A stretch of 32,000 nucleotides of DNA from Iocasia fonsfrigidae (lineage in GTDB: Bacteria; Bacillota; Halanaerobiia; Halanaerobiales; DTU029), in assembly GCF_017751145.1 (NCBI RefSeq), contig NZ_CP046640.1, positions 444,137 through 476,136 on the forward strand, read 5' to 3'. Positions 8,801 to 16,209 of the stretch are shown here, piece after piece; position 1 is the first letter of the stretch, and each line of letters begins with the position of its first letter. A program made the translations under genes and the position numbers. Below the pieces are notes generated by a model, which saw only the letters and a list, made by a program, of their open reading frames with translations, ran no database searches and was not told the origin of the DNA.

Positions 8801-10017
8801 TTCAGGGTTTTCCACTCCGGGTAGTGGGGGATTACTTTCCTTCCTTGCCCAGGATAAGGGGATTTGTCAATGGTAATATATCACTCAGTGGGCTAATTGA
8901 TGACCCGCAATTTAACGGTAGATTAGCCCTGGAGGGTGTTGGTTTTAATAGTGACTATCTAAAGATTTCCGGGCTACATGGTGAAGTGTTATTCTCAGGA
9001 GAGACTATTTCTATTCCTCGTTTAAAAGGTAAGTCTGGTAAGGGGGACATTATCATAGAGGGTAAGATCAGGCCCTTTAGCAGAGATGACAATTACCACC
9101 TCAGTATATATGGAGATGATATTCCCCTTGATTATGGTTCATTTGATGGAGAGATTGACCCCAGGCTTAAGATTATTGGTTCTTTTAGCAGACCATTTAT
9201 TCAGGGTGATATCATTACACATGATCTGGAGATAGGCATTCCAATCAAATGGCCGTCAGGAGATGCTAAGGGGGAAATTTATCTAGACCTCACCCTTTAT
9301 CCAGATGAAGATGTTTATTTAAGAAACAAGTATTTTGATATACTGATACAGAGTGGTAGTTTTCGCCTCCTAAATATTAATGGAAACCTTCAGTTTGAGG
9401 GGGAGCTTAGTAGTGAACAGGGGACCTTAAGCTATTACAACAATAAATTTTTTCTGGAAGAGGCTACTGCAGAGTTTAATAGGTATGAAGAATTACTCCC
9501 GAATTTAGATGTCAAGGCCTGGACCAGGATTGATGGTAACAGGATAGAGGTACAATTTAAAGGACTGCCTGGTCAGATGATAACTACCTTTACATCAGAG
9601 CCTACCCTGAGTGAAGAGGAAATAATGTCTTTACTAACCAGGTCTGGAGGCATTGGGGAGTTTGTGGCAGGTAATCTCAGTGGGGTTTTTAGTCAGGAGA
9701 TTTATCGCTATATACGAGACTATATTCAATTAGATATCTTAAAAGAGATAGAATTTGGGGTTAAGGAGGCCTTTAGTCTTGATGAATTTGAGATTGACAC
9801 CTATAATCTGGGGTTTGCTCAGGAGATGACTCTTTATCTAGGAGAATATTTTGGGGATGATATTTATTTACAGTATTCAACAACCCTGGGACCTGGTGGT
9901 AAGAGGGATAATCAGTTTTCATTAAAGTATTATCTAGATGACAATTTTATTATTAAGGGAGACCTATTTGAGGATAATGCTTATTCCATTGGTTTTGAGA
10001 CCGGATTTAACTTTTAA
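5854..10017 (+). CDS. tamB: TamB / AsmA-like translocation and assembly module protein (DUF490 C-terminus)
   Basis: 1387 aa with a single N-terminal TM anchor, a very long beta-rich repetitive body (repeated L.G.v.G.l..P motifs), and a DUF490-like C-terminus ending ...FSLKYYLDDNFIIKGDLFEDNAYSIGFETGFNF. It is encoded just upstream of bamA, which is the usual TamB context in lineages without TamA. Confidence 0.85.
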   Translation: MKTKSIIYLSLLMFFILTAVFIMKVSTEIIDLKEEIINYIDEVYQLKIEVGSIDFWSFTALSLYDTEVLLDHDNISFSSPEVKLYYNPLELIFSQKKIIDGIKQIKFINPVLNVKNQATGDAGTVDQVIKDYLPSGKKPVQLIVQDGTVQYSGEGQEIRLEKLDLALLIDEEGWQGDLKTGFLDLAKLSSPLEKIFSEQQGSIQNLTGQGSLELIFQGKGVAVRDYSGRLLLDGVEGLISCTDYLDDEVFNDLSGEILFDSASQQLQLNGLYLNFFKTAVQLSGSLDFSRDTPEIFARVYSSDFNPERIDILKEYLPISGTGMVELLIAGDLSSPELQLDYSLSDGELFNREQPWKQEIAGLDTVMRYHDGFLYLDYFNLNINQESYFSASGLIKQDKLEYSIDLQGKNIDLGLVEEYLPDYKLPTATGKIDINSSISGQGLDLDRLNLLGDFRINNSAVKDYRLDLIEGQFWLSQKALLIQQGLVKTPYGNMNFSGELNLLNKKLAFSYENSQLDLSLLTPLLDDKLSLKGLASIKGRVDGYLDKPEMTARISIDNGMLDKYQFSNLNFRAEYIEDKLSVPALSCEYQGAAVEASGNLMPSLQASIMIEDLPYHDLAKISGMSIPLEGLFDLSLGISGSFTSPEIKGEVFSQETSLVYQNFSYSLDRLSALFSWGDNTLLLEDLDLHRDRTHLTAEGEIIEEEINLDFILNELDFEEYLPEMALKGDASIKGTMTGKLSNPELNGLIVADSIIYNNYMIDGLVGELSYSDDKIIITNSYLRCGSDDYNIHGKLTNLSKDIKLDLILETERGKIKDLLNRYYTGLPIPEDYYFSGSVVVGGSITTPEAEVDLSFFGAEESQGTVTMIGDIKDGFNLKLKGQGVEIEQIPAIIDRDINLKGKLDFQGEITGNFDSYQLKLATFLLDASIGNSTIESIKGNLSFTQTGLLYLEQVLTDSADRTLTFSGYIPVKKTAGEYDLKADFQGFPLRVVGDYFPSLPRIRGFVNGNISLSGLIDDPQFNGRLALEGVGFNSDYLKISGLHGEVLFSGETISIPRLKGKSGKGDIIIEGKIRPFSRDDNYHLSIYGDDIPLDYGSFDGEIDPRLKIIGSFSRPFIQGDIITHDLEIGIPIKWPSGDAKGEIYLDLTLYPDEDVYLRNKYFDILIQSGSFRLLNINGNLQFEGELSSEQGTLSYYNNKFFLEEATAEFNRYEELLPNLDVKAWTRIDGNRIEVQFKGLPGQMITTFTSEPTLSEEEIMSLLTRSGGIGEFVAGNLSGVFSQEIYRYIRDYIQLDILKEIEFGVKEAFSLDEFEIDTYNLGFAQEMTLYLGEYFGDDIYLQYSTTLGPGGKRDNQFSLKYYLDDNFIIKGDLFEDNAYSIGFETGFNF

Positions 10018-10029
10018 AAGGAGATAGAG

Positions 10030-10626
10030 ATGAAGGAATATTTAAAAAAGATAAGGGATTTAAAATTACCTACATCTGAAGAAGAACAAGCCTTATGGTT
10101 TAGATATAAAAATGAGAATGAGCAGGAGGCCCGCCAGGAGTTGATTAGCTATTACCAGCCTCTGGTCTTTAAACTTGTCCAGCAGTTTAAGGCTGATCGG
10201 GGAGTATTTATGGACCTGATCCAGGAGGGCAATCTAGGGTTGATAGATGCTGTTGATTCCTATAGACCAGGATTTAATACCAGGTTTTCTACCTTTGCTG
10301 TTTATCATATCAGGGGTAGAATTATTGATTACCTTAATAAAGGTAGTAGGGCCAGAAAATTCCCTGTTATGGGAGATATCCTTCCTGAGAAACTGGAGGA
10401 AACTGTAGAAAGGTCAATACTGGCTGACAGGGTTAAAGAGCTTGTCAAAGGCTTACCCTCTAAGGAAAGACAGGTTATTAACAAGCGTTTCCTGGATAGT
10501 AAAAAGGCAGAACTGGCTGCTGCAGAAATGGGAATAAGCCTGTCTTACCTTTACCGCCTACAGAAAAAAGCCGTTAGAAGGCTTCGGGGTAAACTAGCTA
10601 CTTTTATTCATCAGTGGAATAAGTAA
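10030..10626 (+). CDS. Small sigma-70-family sigma factor (group-3/FliA-SigB-SigF-like regions 2 and 4, very short linker)
   Basis: Region 2 reads LISYYQPLVFKLVQQF...DLIQEGNLGLIDAVDSYRPGFNTRFSTFAVYHIRGRIIDYL. Region 4 HTH reads LPSKERQVINKRFLDSKKAELAAAEMGISLSYLYRLQKKAVRRLR. An RBS AAGGAG lies 13 nt after the tamB stop, so the gene is probably co-transcribed with tamB. Confidence 0.85.
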   Translation: MKEYLKKIRDLKLPTSEEEQALWFRYKNENEQEARQELISYYQPLVFKLVQQFKADRGVFMDLIQEGNLGLIDAVDSYRPGFNTRFSTFAVYHIRGRIIDYLNKGSRARKFPVMGDILPEKLEETVERSILADRVKELVKGLPSKERQVINKRFLDSKKAELAAAEMGISLSYLYRLQKKAVRRLRGKLATFIHQWNK

Positions 10627-10828
10627 ACATTGTACAGCAAACAGAAGTAAAACAGTACAAACTTGGTGTGTATTGCATATAATTACAGCTAAACAACTTA
10701 AATGGCTGTTTTTATAAAAATGTGAGCAGTCAAAAATATAAGGCTTAGAAGGATATTAATAGTAGAAGATAGGAGATTAGCTAAATTGAGTAATTATTAA
10801 AGGGGTGGGTTTAGGAGTGCTTGGGATT

Positions 10829-11197
10829 ATGAGACATATTTCTTATGCCCGTGATTGGCTGTGCCGTGCAGAAAAAAAGATTGAGTCTGGTGATCTGGTA
10901 GAAGGTGAGTTTTTTCTTTCCCTTGCCGAAGCAGAGACACGTAAGGCCTGGGAAAGGAGTTATTCTTCTCGAAATAGGTGGCCGTCCAGAAAATTTCCAC
11001 TGGCTCTTACTTTTAGTCTGTTCTTAATGGCTGCGATTGCTTTTGTTTTCTTTTTTAGAGGTGATCCCCAGCTGGAGCCGGTAGAATTAAAGCTGACCGA
11101 AGGGTATCAACAGAGTGTTCGACTGACAGACAGGGGTAATATACGTTTAATCAGTGTTGATCTATCTGTTAATAATAATTTGAATAGGGGGAAGTAA
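10829..11197 (+). CDS. Single-pass membrane protein of unknown function, translationally coupled to bamA (candidate sigma partner)
   Basis: The predicted layout is a cytoplasmic helical N-domain of about 60 aa, a TM segment (LALTFSLFLMAAIAFVFFF), and an external tail of about 40 aa. The start is ambiguous: GTG 10805, GTG 10817, or ATG 10829. I prefer ATG 10829, which has AGGAG 11 nt upstream. The TAA stop lies 1 nt before the bamA GTG. I recognised no family. Confidence 0.55.
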   Translation: MRHISYARDWLCRAEKKIESGDLVEGEFFLSLAEAETRKAWERSYSSRNRWPSRKFPLALTFSLFLMAAIAFVFFFRGDPQLEPVELKLTEGYQQSVRLTDRGNIRLISVDLSVNNNLNRGK

Positions 11198-11198
11198 T

Positions 11199-12908
11199 GT
11201 GAAGCATTTCTTGGTACTTATTATATTATGTAATCTTATATTATTTTCAGGTGTTACTATGGCAGAGAATGAGCTATTAGAGCAGAACCTTCAATTTATT
11301 ACAGCGATTGCCTTCGAAGGGAATGAAAGGGTCTCCGATGAGGAGATTAGATCCTTAATCAGTACTGAAGCTGGTGAATTGCTTGATGAAGAAAAAATAA
11401 AGAATGATATGCAGAAGCTCTATGATACTGGATATTTTCAGGATGTAAAGGTATCTTTTGAAGTCTATAATGCTGGCTTAAAGGCTATTTTTGAACTGTC
11501 TGAATACCCGCTTGTAGAAGATATTATTATTAAAGGTAATGAATCATATAGTGATCAGGAATTAATGAAGGAAATAAAACTGGTCAAAGGTGAGATATTA
11601 AACCATAATGCTATACTTGAAAGTAGAAAAGCTATTGAACGATTATATCAGGAGGCTGGTTATGTCCTGGCGGTTTTAAAAGATATTGACATAGATGATA
11701 ATGGTGTAGTTAGCTTTGAAATTAATGAGGGTTATTTAAATGAACTAATCATAGAGGGTAATGAAAAAACAAAGGATTTTGTTATCCGCCGTGAATTTGA
11801 TTTTAAAAAAGGTGATGTAATTAATATTAAAGAACTCCAGGAGTCCTTTCGTCAACTGGTCAGATTAAATTACTTTGAAGATATAAATCCTAAACTAGAA
11901 AGGGTAGATTTTGAGAAAAATACTGCTAATGTAATTCTGGAGGTAACTGAGGGTCGAACAGGCCGCTTTAATTTTGGTGTTTCTTATAGTACAGCAGAGG
12001 GAAAAGGCTGGGGTGGTTTTATTACAGTTCAGGAAAGAAACCTTTTTGGTAACGGCCAGACCCTTGGTTTTGACTGGGAATTTGGCAGCACAACAAATTA
12101 TGAGATTAACTTTTACGAACCATGGGTTTTGGGAACACCGACTTCTTTTGGAATAGGGGTTTATGATAAATCATATAGTTCTGAGGATTCTGTTAAAGGG
12201 GATTATGATGTTGATAAATCAGGGGGGAGTATTTCCCTGGGACATCCCCTGACAGAGGAATGGAATGGTAGAATTAAATTTAAGGTTGAAAAATCAAAGC
12301 TTGATTGGGAAGATAAGGAATATACAAAAGATGGTAAGACTTATGAAAATGACCCTGAAGATATTGATCTGCGTAGTATTACTCTACAGACCAGTAGAGA
12401 TACCACCAATCATCCCTTTAATCCTACTGGTGGTGGTATAGATGTTCTATCATTAGAATATGCCGGTCACTTCCTTGGTGGGGATGCCGATTTTGTTAAA
12501 TACAGGACTGATTTCAGGAGATTTTACAATGGTTTTAAAGGTAACCAGGCCTGGGCACTCCGCTTACAGACAGGTTTTAGTGATGGGGATCTGCCAGAGC
12601 TTGAAAAATATAGATTAGGTGGGTCAGAGACAATACGTGGTTATGATAAAGGTTCTTTTACTGGTGATGATATGCTTTTGGTAAATCTGGAGTATAGAAT
12701 ACCAATTACTGAGAATTTTACTGGTGTGCTCTTTGCTGATGGTGGTAATACCTGGGATTCTTACCGGGATATACAGCTTGATGACCTACACTATTCGACT
12801 GGTTTGGGAATTAGAATGGATACATTCTTAGGCCAGATTAGATTAGACTATGGTTTCAATGAAGATGGTGAAGGACAACCTCATTTCAGTATTGGTAATA
12901 CATTTTAG
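11199..12908 (+). CDS. bamA: Outer membrane protein assembly factor BamA (Omp85 family), short POTRA arm
   Basis: A signal peptide is present. POTRA-like repeats are I.F.GN..VSDEEIRSLI....G..L.....I..D...LY.TGYF.DV and IIIKGNE..SD.EL.... The Omp85 barrel carries RLGGSETIRGY and a terminal beta-signal HFSIGNTF. At 569 aa there is room for only about 3 POTRA domains. Confidence 0.9.
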   Translation: MKHFLVLIILCNLILFSGVTMAENELLEQNLQFITAIAFEGNERVSDEEIRSLISTEAGELLDEEKIKNDMQKLYDTGYFQDVKVSFEVYNAGLKAIFELSEYPLVEDIIIKGNESYSDQELMKEIKLVKGEILNHNAILESRKAIERLYQEAGYVLAVLKDIDIDDNGVVSFEINEGYLNELIIEGNEKTKDFVIRREFDFKKGDVINIKELQESFRQLVRLNYFEDINPKLERVDFEKNTANVILEVTEGRTGRFNFGVSYSTAEGKGWGGFITVQERNLFGNGQTLGFDWEFGSTTNYEINFYEPWVLGTPTSFGIGVYDKSYSSEDSVKGDYDVDKSGGSISLGHPLTEEWNGRIKFKVEKSKLDWEDKEYTKDGKTYENDPEDIDLRSITLQTSRDTTNHPFNPTGGGIDVLSLEYAGHFLGGDADFVKYRTDFRRFYNGFKGNQAWALRLQTGFSDGDLPELEKYRLGGSETIRGYDKGSFTGDDMLLVNLEYRIPITENFTGVLFADGGNTWDSYRDIQLDDLHYSTGLGIRMDTFLGQIRLDYGFNEDGEGQPHFSIGNTF

Positions 12909-12929
12909 TAAAAGAGGAAGGGGAATAAG

Positions 12930-13454
12930 ATGCAAAATTACAGGCCTAAATTTGCAGTAGTAATTGGATTAATATTAATAATTACTGGATTTCTGGTTTT
13001 GGTTTATCCACAAACTAATATAGCGGCAGGGGATGATGCTAAAGGCAGGATTGCCTATGTTGACCTCTGGACTGTTTTTAATGTTCATCCAGGTAAGGCT
13101 TCTGCCGAGGAGGAACTCAATATGCTTGCCCAGGATATGCAGGCTGAATTAGAGGAGAAAGCCAGTGACCTGCCAGAGGCTCAGCAGCAGGAAATGTTGC
13201 AGGAATACCAGACTAAATTGAGTCAGCAGGAGCAGGAATTAATCGAGGGTATTATTGATCAAATCAAAGCAGCTATAGTAGATGTAGCTGAGGAGAAAGA
13301 AGTTAAGTTAGTGGTTGATAAACAGAGTATTTTCTATGGTGGTTATGATTTGACCCAGGATGTCATAGATTATATTAATAAACAGCAGGGGTCATTACAG
13401 GAACCACTTGATGCAACAGAAGAAGAATTATCAGATGAATTAACTGGGGATTAA
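12930..13454 (+). CDS. skp: Skp/OmpH-family periplasmic chaperone
   Basis: It has an N-terminal hydrophobic signal. IAYVDLWTVFNVHPGKASAEEELN... is followed by a Q/E-rich coiled coil and then VKLVVDKQSIFYGGYDLTQDVIDYIN. This strand, helical tentacle, strand layout is the OmpH pattern. Confidence 0.8.
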   Translation: MQNYRPKFAVVIGLILIITGFLVLVYPQTNIAAGDDAKGRIAYVDLWTVFNVHPGKASAEEELNMLAQDMQAELEEKASDLPEAQQQEMLQEYQTKLSQQEQELIEGIIDQIKAAIVDVAEEKEVKLVVDKQSIFYGGYDLTQDVIDYINKQQGSLQEPLDATEEELSDELTGD

Positions 13455-13469
13455 AAAAGGAGGCAGGAG

Positions 13470-14432
13470 ATGTTGAAGGGAATATTCAGAATTTTGACAG
13501 TTGTGGCAGTTATACTTGGAATTGCTGGACTGGGTCTGTTTTATCTTGTTTCATCAGGGACGGCATCTCCTGAAAGTGTGAATATCAGGACAGTGCTGGA
13601 TAATTATTTAACAGATAATCCTGCTGGGCAACTGAGTGAGGAGATAAGCCTTAAGAGAGAAAACCTCCGCAATCAGCTGGCAAGGTTAAGAAATCAGGAA
13701 AAGCTCTTAAATAATAAAAAGGCTGCTCTGGAGCTAATTGTTGAAGAAGAACTGGCAGAAATCAGAGGAAAATATGAAGAAGAAATTCTTGATTTTAAAA
13801 AAGAACTGGAAGTTTCTTTTGAGAATTTTAGAGAAGAAAAAAGGCAGGAATATCAGGAAAAAATACTGGTTAAGAAGGAATCTTATGAGCAAAGACTTGA
13901 TGAATTAATCGAAGGATATAAGGATAAAAAAAGGCAGGAACTAGCAGATTATCAGCAGCAGCTACTTGATAATTACCATAAGGAAACTTTAAATTACCGT
14001 CTTAAACTCCTGGCTCTGGAGCTTAGTGAGGAAGAAGAGAGGGCTTATAAGGATAAAATAACTGGCCTGGAGCAGAGTCAGGAGGAAGCGGTCAAGGCTA
14101 AAGAAGATCAAATGAATGAGAGTCTTCAGGAAGAAACCAGCCGCTTAAGACAGGAATTTGACGAGGACTTCCTTGAGCTGCAGGAGAAAATGGAACAGGA
14201 GATGAAGCGTGAGATAAACAGTAAACTGCTTTCTAATGAGCAGGCATTGGAGGGTTTTATTGCTGAACAGGAAGTGCTGCTAAATGAGGAAATGGTACAA
14301 AGGCGTAGGGAATTAAGTGAACGAAGCAAAGAAGAGATTGTATTACTGGAGAATTTAGTCAGGGAGATAAGGAATGATTATCTTACCCTCCAGTCACAAA
14401 TTGCTAAACTGGAGAAGGAAGTGATTAAATAG
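13470..14432 (+). CDS. Membrane-anchored, very long E/K/Q-rich coiled-coil protein (Skp-like N-terminus only)
   Basis: An N-terminal TM/signal (ILTVVAVILGIAGLGLFYLV) is followed by about 280 aa of almost uninterrupted heptad-like charged sequence. The Skp C-terminal strand motif is missing. The gene is wedged between two skp-like genes, and its stop abuts the next start (14432/14433). Confidence 0.55.
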   Translation: MLKGIFRILTVVAVILGIAGLGLFYLVSSGTASPESVNIRTVLDNYLTDNPAGQLSEEISLKRENLRNQLARLRNQEKLLNNKKAALELIVEEELAEIRGKYEEEILDFKKELEVSFENFREEKRQEYQEKILVKKESYEQRLDELIEGYKDKKRQELADYQQQLLDNYHKETLNYRLKLLALELSEEEERAYKDKITGLEQSQEEAVKAKEDQMNESLQEETSRLRQEFDEDFLELQEKMEQEMKREINSKLLSNEQALEGFIAEQEVLLNEEMVQRRRELSERSKEEIVLLENLVREIRNDYLTLQSQIAKLEKEVIK

Positions 14433-14876
14433 ATGTTAAAAAAGATTATTTTGTTAGGTATCAGTATATCGTTTGTCTTACTGGCTGGTTGTACCTCGCG
14501 CTCACCTGAGATTGCGGTACTGGATATAGAAGAAGTACTGGCCAGAAGTAGAAGAGCTCAGGAATTGCAGGAGGAACTGCTTAATATAGGTAATACCCTG
14601 GAAGAAGAATACAGTCAGCAAGAGGATGAAGAAGAAGACCAGAACCATCTAGAACGGGTTTATCAGGAATACCTTAGTAATAAACAGAGATTAGAGAACA
14701 GTTTTAATGAAGAAGTAAAAGTGGTTATTGAGGAAATAAGAAAGGATAAAAATATAGACACAGTTTTATATAAAGACAGTGTTTATTATGGTGGTCTCGA
14801 TATTACTGAAAAGCTGGTTGAAATGCTTGATAGCAAATATGATGAGGAAGAAGGTAGTGATAATGACAGAGAATGA
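14433..14876 (+). CDS. Skp/OmpH-like lipoprotein
   Basis: A lipobox VLLAGC follows the signal peptide. IAVLDIEEVLARSRRAQELQEEL... then a coiled coil, then IDTVLYKDSVYYGGLDITEKLVEMLD, give the same layout as the 12930 gene. Confidence 0.7.
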   Translation: MLKKIILLGISISFVLLAGCTSRSPEIAVLDIEEVLARSRRAQELQEELLNIGNTLEEEYSQQEDEEEDQNHLERVYQEYLSNKQRLENSFNEEVKVVIEEIRKDKNIDTVLYKDSVYYGGLDITEKLVEMLDSKYDEEEGSDNDRE

Positions 14877-15903
14877 GGGTCTTAGTATTACTGAACTAGC
14901 CCGGCGGGTTAATGGTAAAGTGCTGGGTGACCCGGCCTATCTTATATATGGTGTTTCCGGGGTTAGTGAGAGTACAGCTGAGACTATTACTTTTGCCGAA
15001 ACAGAGCAATACCTCTCCGAGGCTTTAAAGTCAAAAGCCGGGGCTGTAATTGTGCCTGATGGTTTTACAGCTAAAGGGAAGAATATGATTGTAGTTAAAA
15101 AACCGCGTCTGGCTTTTGCCAGAATAGCTGCTGTTTTTGCCCCGAATGTTTTTTATAGGCCGGGGATAGACCCGACATCGACAATTGCTGATTCGGTTGT
15201 AATTGGAGAAAATGTCTCTATCCATCCCTATGTAGTGATTGATGAGGGGGCTGAAATAGCTGACCATGTAATCCTGGCCCCTGGTGTTTATATTGGTGCC
15301 GGGGTAAAGGTGGGAGAGAGTAGTATACTTCACCCTGGAGTTGTAGTCGAATATGACACAGTAATCGGCAAAAAGGTTATGATCCATAGTGGAACAGTGA
15401 TTGGTTCAGATGGCTATGGTTTTGTGACTGACCAGGACGGCCACCATAAAATACCCCAGCTGGGGAAGGTAATTATTGAAGATGATGTAGAGATAGGGGC
15501 CAATGTGACTATTGACCGGGGGACAAGCGGTCCTACTGTTATCGGCAGAGGGACCAAGACAGATAATCTTATCCAATTAGCTCATAATGTTCAAATTGGT
15601 GAAGAAAACCTACTGGTGGCTCAGGTGGGTATCGCTGGTAGTAGTAAGACTGGAAGAAGGGTTACACTTGGCGGCAAAACCGGTGTTGTAGGTCACCTGG
15701 AGATAGGGGATAATACTACTGTTGCTTCTGCTAGTGTAATAACTAAAGACACCCCATCAGGTGTTTTTTATTCGGGCAGCCCAGCCCAGGATCATAAAAA
15801 GGAATTACGTGAACAGGCTGCCAGGCGAAAAATGCCTCAGCTTTTAAAGAGGATAAGTAAGTTGGAGAAGAGGATAGGAGAATTAGAAAAGAAACTTAAT
15901 TAA
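14863..15903 (+). CDS. lpxD: UDP-3-O-(3-hydroxyacyl)glucosamine N-acyltransferase LpxD
   Basis: LSITELARRVNGKVLGD..., a long left-handed beta-helix of hexapeptide repeats, the GSDGYGF block and the IGDNTTV..ASVITKD tail are typical of LpxD. I prefer the ATG at 14863 (RBS GAGGAAGAAGG), which overlaps the previous stop by 14 nt. The ORF-track start at 14779 adds 28 residues read from the upstream gene. Confidence 0.9.
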   Translation: MTENEGLSITELARRVNGKVLGDPAYLIYGVSGVSESTAETITFAETEQYLSEALKSKAGAVIVPDGFTAKGKNMIVVKKPRLAFARIAAVFAPNVFYRPGIDPTSTIADSVVIGENVSIHPYVVIDEGAEIADHVILAPGVYIGAGVKVGESSILHPGVVVEYDTVIGKKVMIHSGTVIGSDGYGFVTDQDGHHKIPQLGKVIIEDDVEIGANVTIDRGTSGPTVIGRGTKTDNLIQLAHNVQIGEENLLVAQVGIAGSSKTGRRVTLGGKTGVVGHLEIGDNTTVASASVITKDTPSGVFYSGSPAQDHKKELREQAARRKMPQLLKRISKLEKRIGELEKKLN

Positions 15904-15934
15904 TAAACTTTTTGTTAAATTTATAAATGCCCAG

Positions 15935-16137
15935 CCTATTTTGTCATATATTCATTCACTAAAAAAGCTAATTTCACCACAGGTACTCCGTAAGGTTGCC
16001 ATCTCCTCCTTAAGCCAATTAGCAACAAAATAAACTCACTTCACTACGTTGCGTTCAAACAGGATTTTGTTAATCGCTAATTGGCTTAAGTGCGGGGATG
16101 GAGCTTTTTCAAGTTCATTCATATATGCTAAAATAGG
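15935..16137. repeat. Nested imperfect palindrome C of about 200 bp (may also act as the lpxD terminator)
   Basis: There are three concentric arm pairs. CCTATTTTGTCATATAT (15935-15951) pairs with ATATATGCTAAAATAGG (16121-16137), 15/17. AAAAAGCT pairs with AGCTTTTT. CTTAAGCCAATTAGC (16009-16023) pairs with GCTAATTGGCTTAAG (16076-16090), 15/15, extended by CCATCTCC / GGGGATGG and AACAAAAT / ATTTTGTT. The 5' arm has an unpaired bulge of about 29 nt. The 3' side is followed by TTTTT. Confidence 0.6.
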
Positions 16138-16209
16138 CATGTTTTGTTTAATTTAGCGATTATAAATATTCCAGTATTACTTAAATATACCAATAAAGGG
16201 GAAATAGAT

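Noticed and set aside
10030-10626. Whether the cluster-encoded sigma factor is the Spo0H (SigH) orthologue that would read the AGGA-N17-GAAT motifs.
   Set aside because: Its region 2.3-2.4 (FSTFAVYHIRGRIIDYL) resembles the SigB/F/G/FliA type rather than the SigH sequence I recall. The genomic context is also not the cysS-sigH-rpmG-secE-nusG neighbourhood. I left this open as a hypothesis but did not call it.
10640-10725. A possible terminator (ACAGC-N15-GCTGTTTTT) and a TATAAT (about 10678) in the gap between the sigma factor and the bamA operon.
   Set aside because: The stem is only 5 bp with a large loop. The TATAAT has no acceptable -35. Both are too weak to annotate, so the real signals in this 180-nt gap remain undefined.
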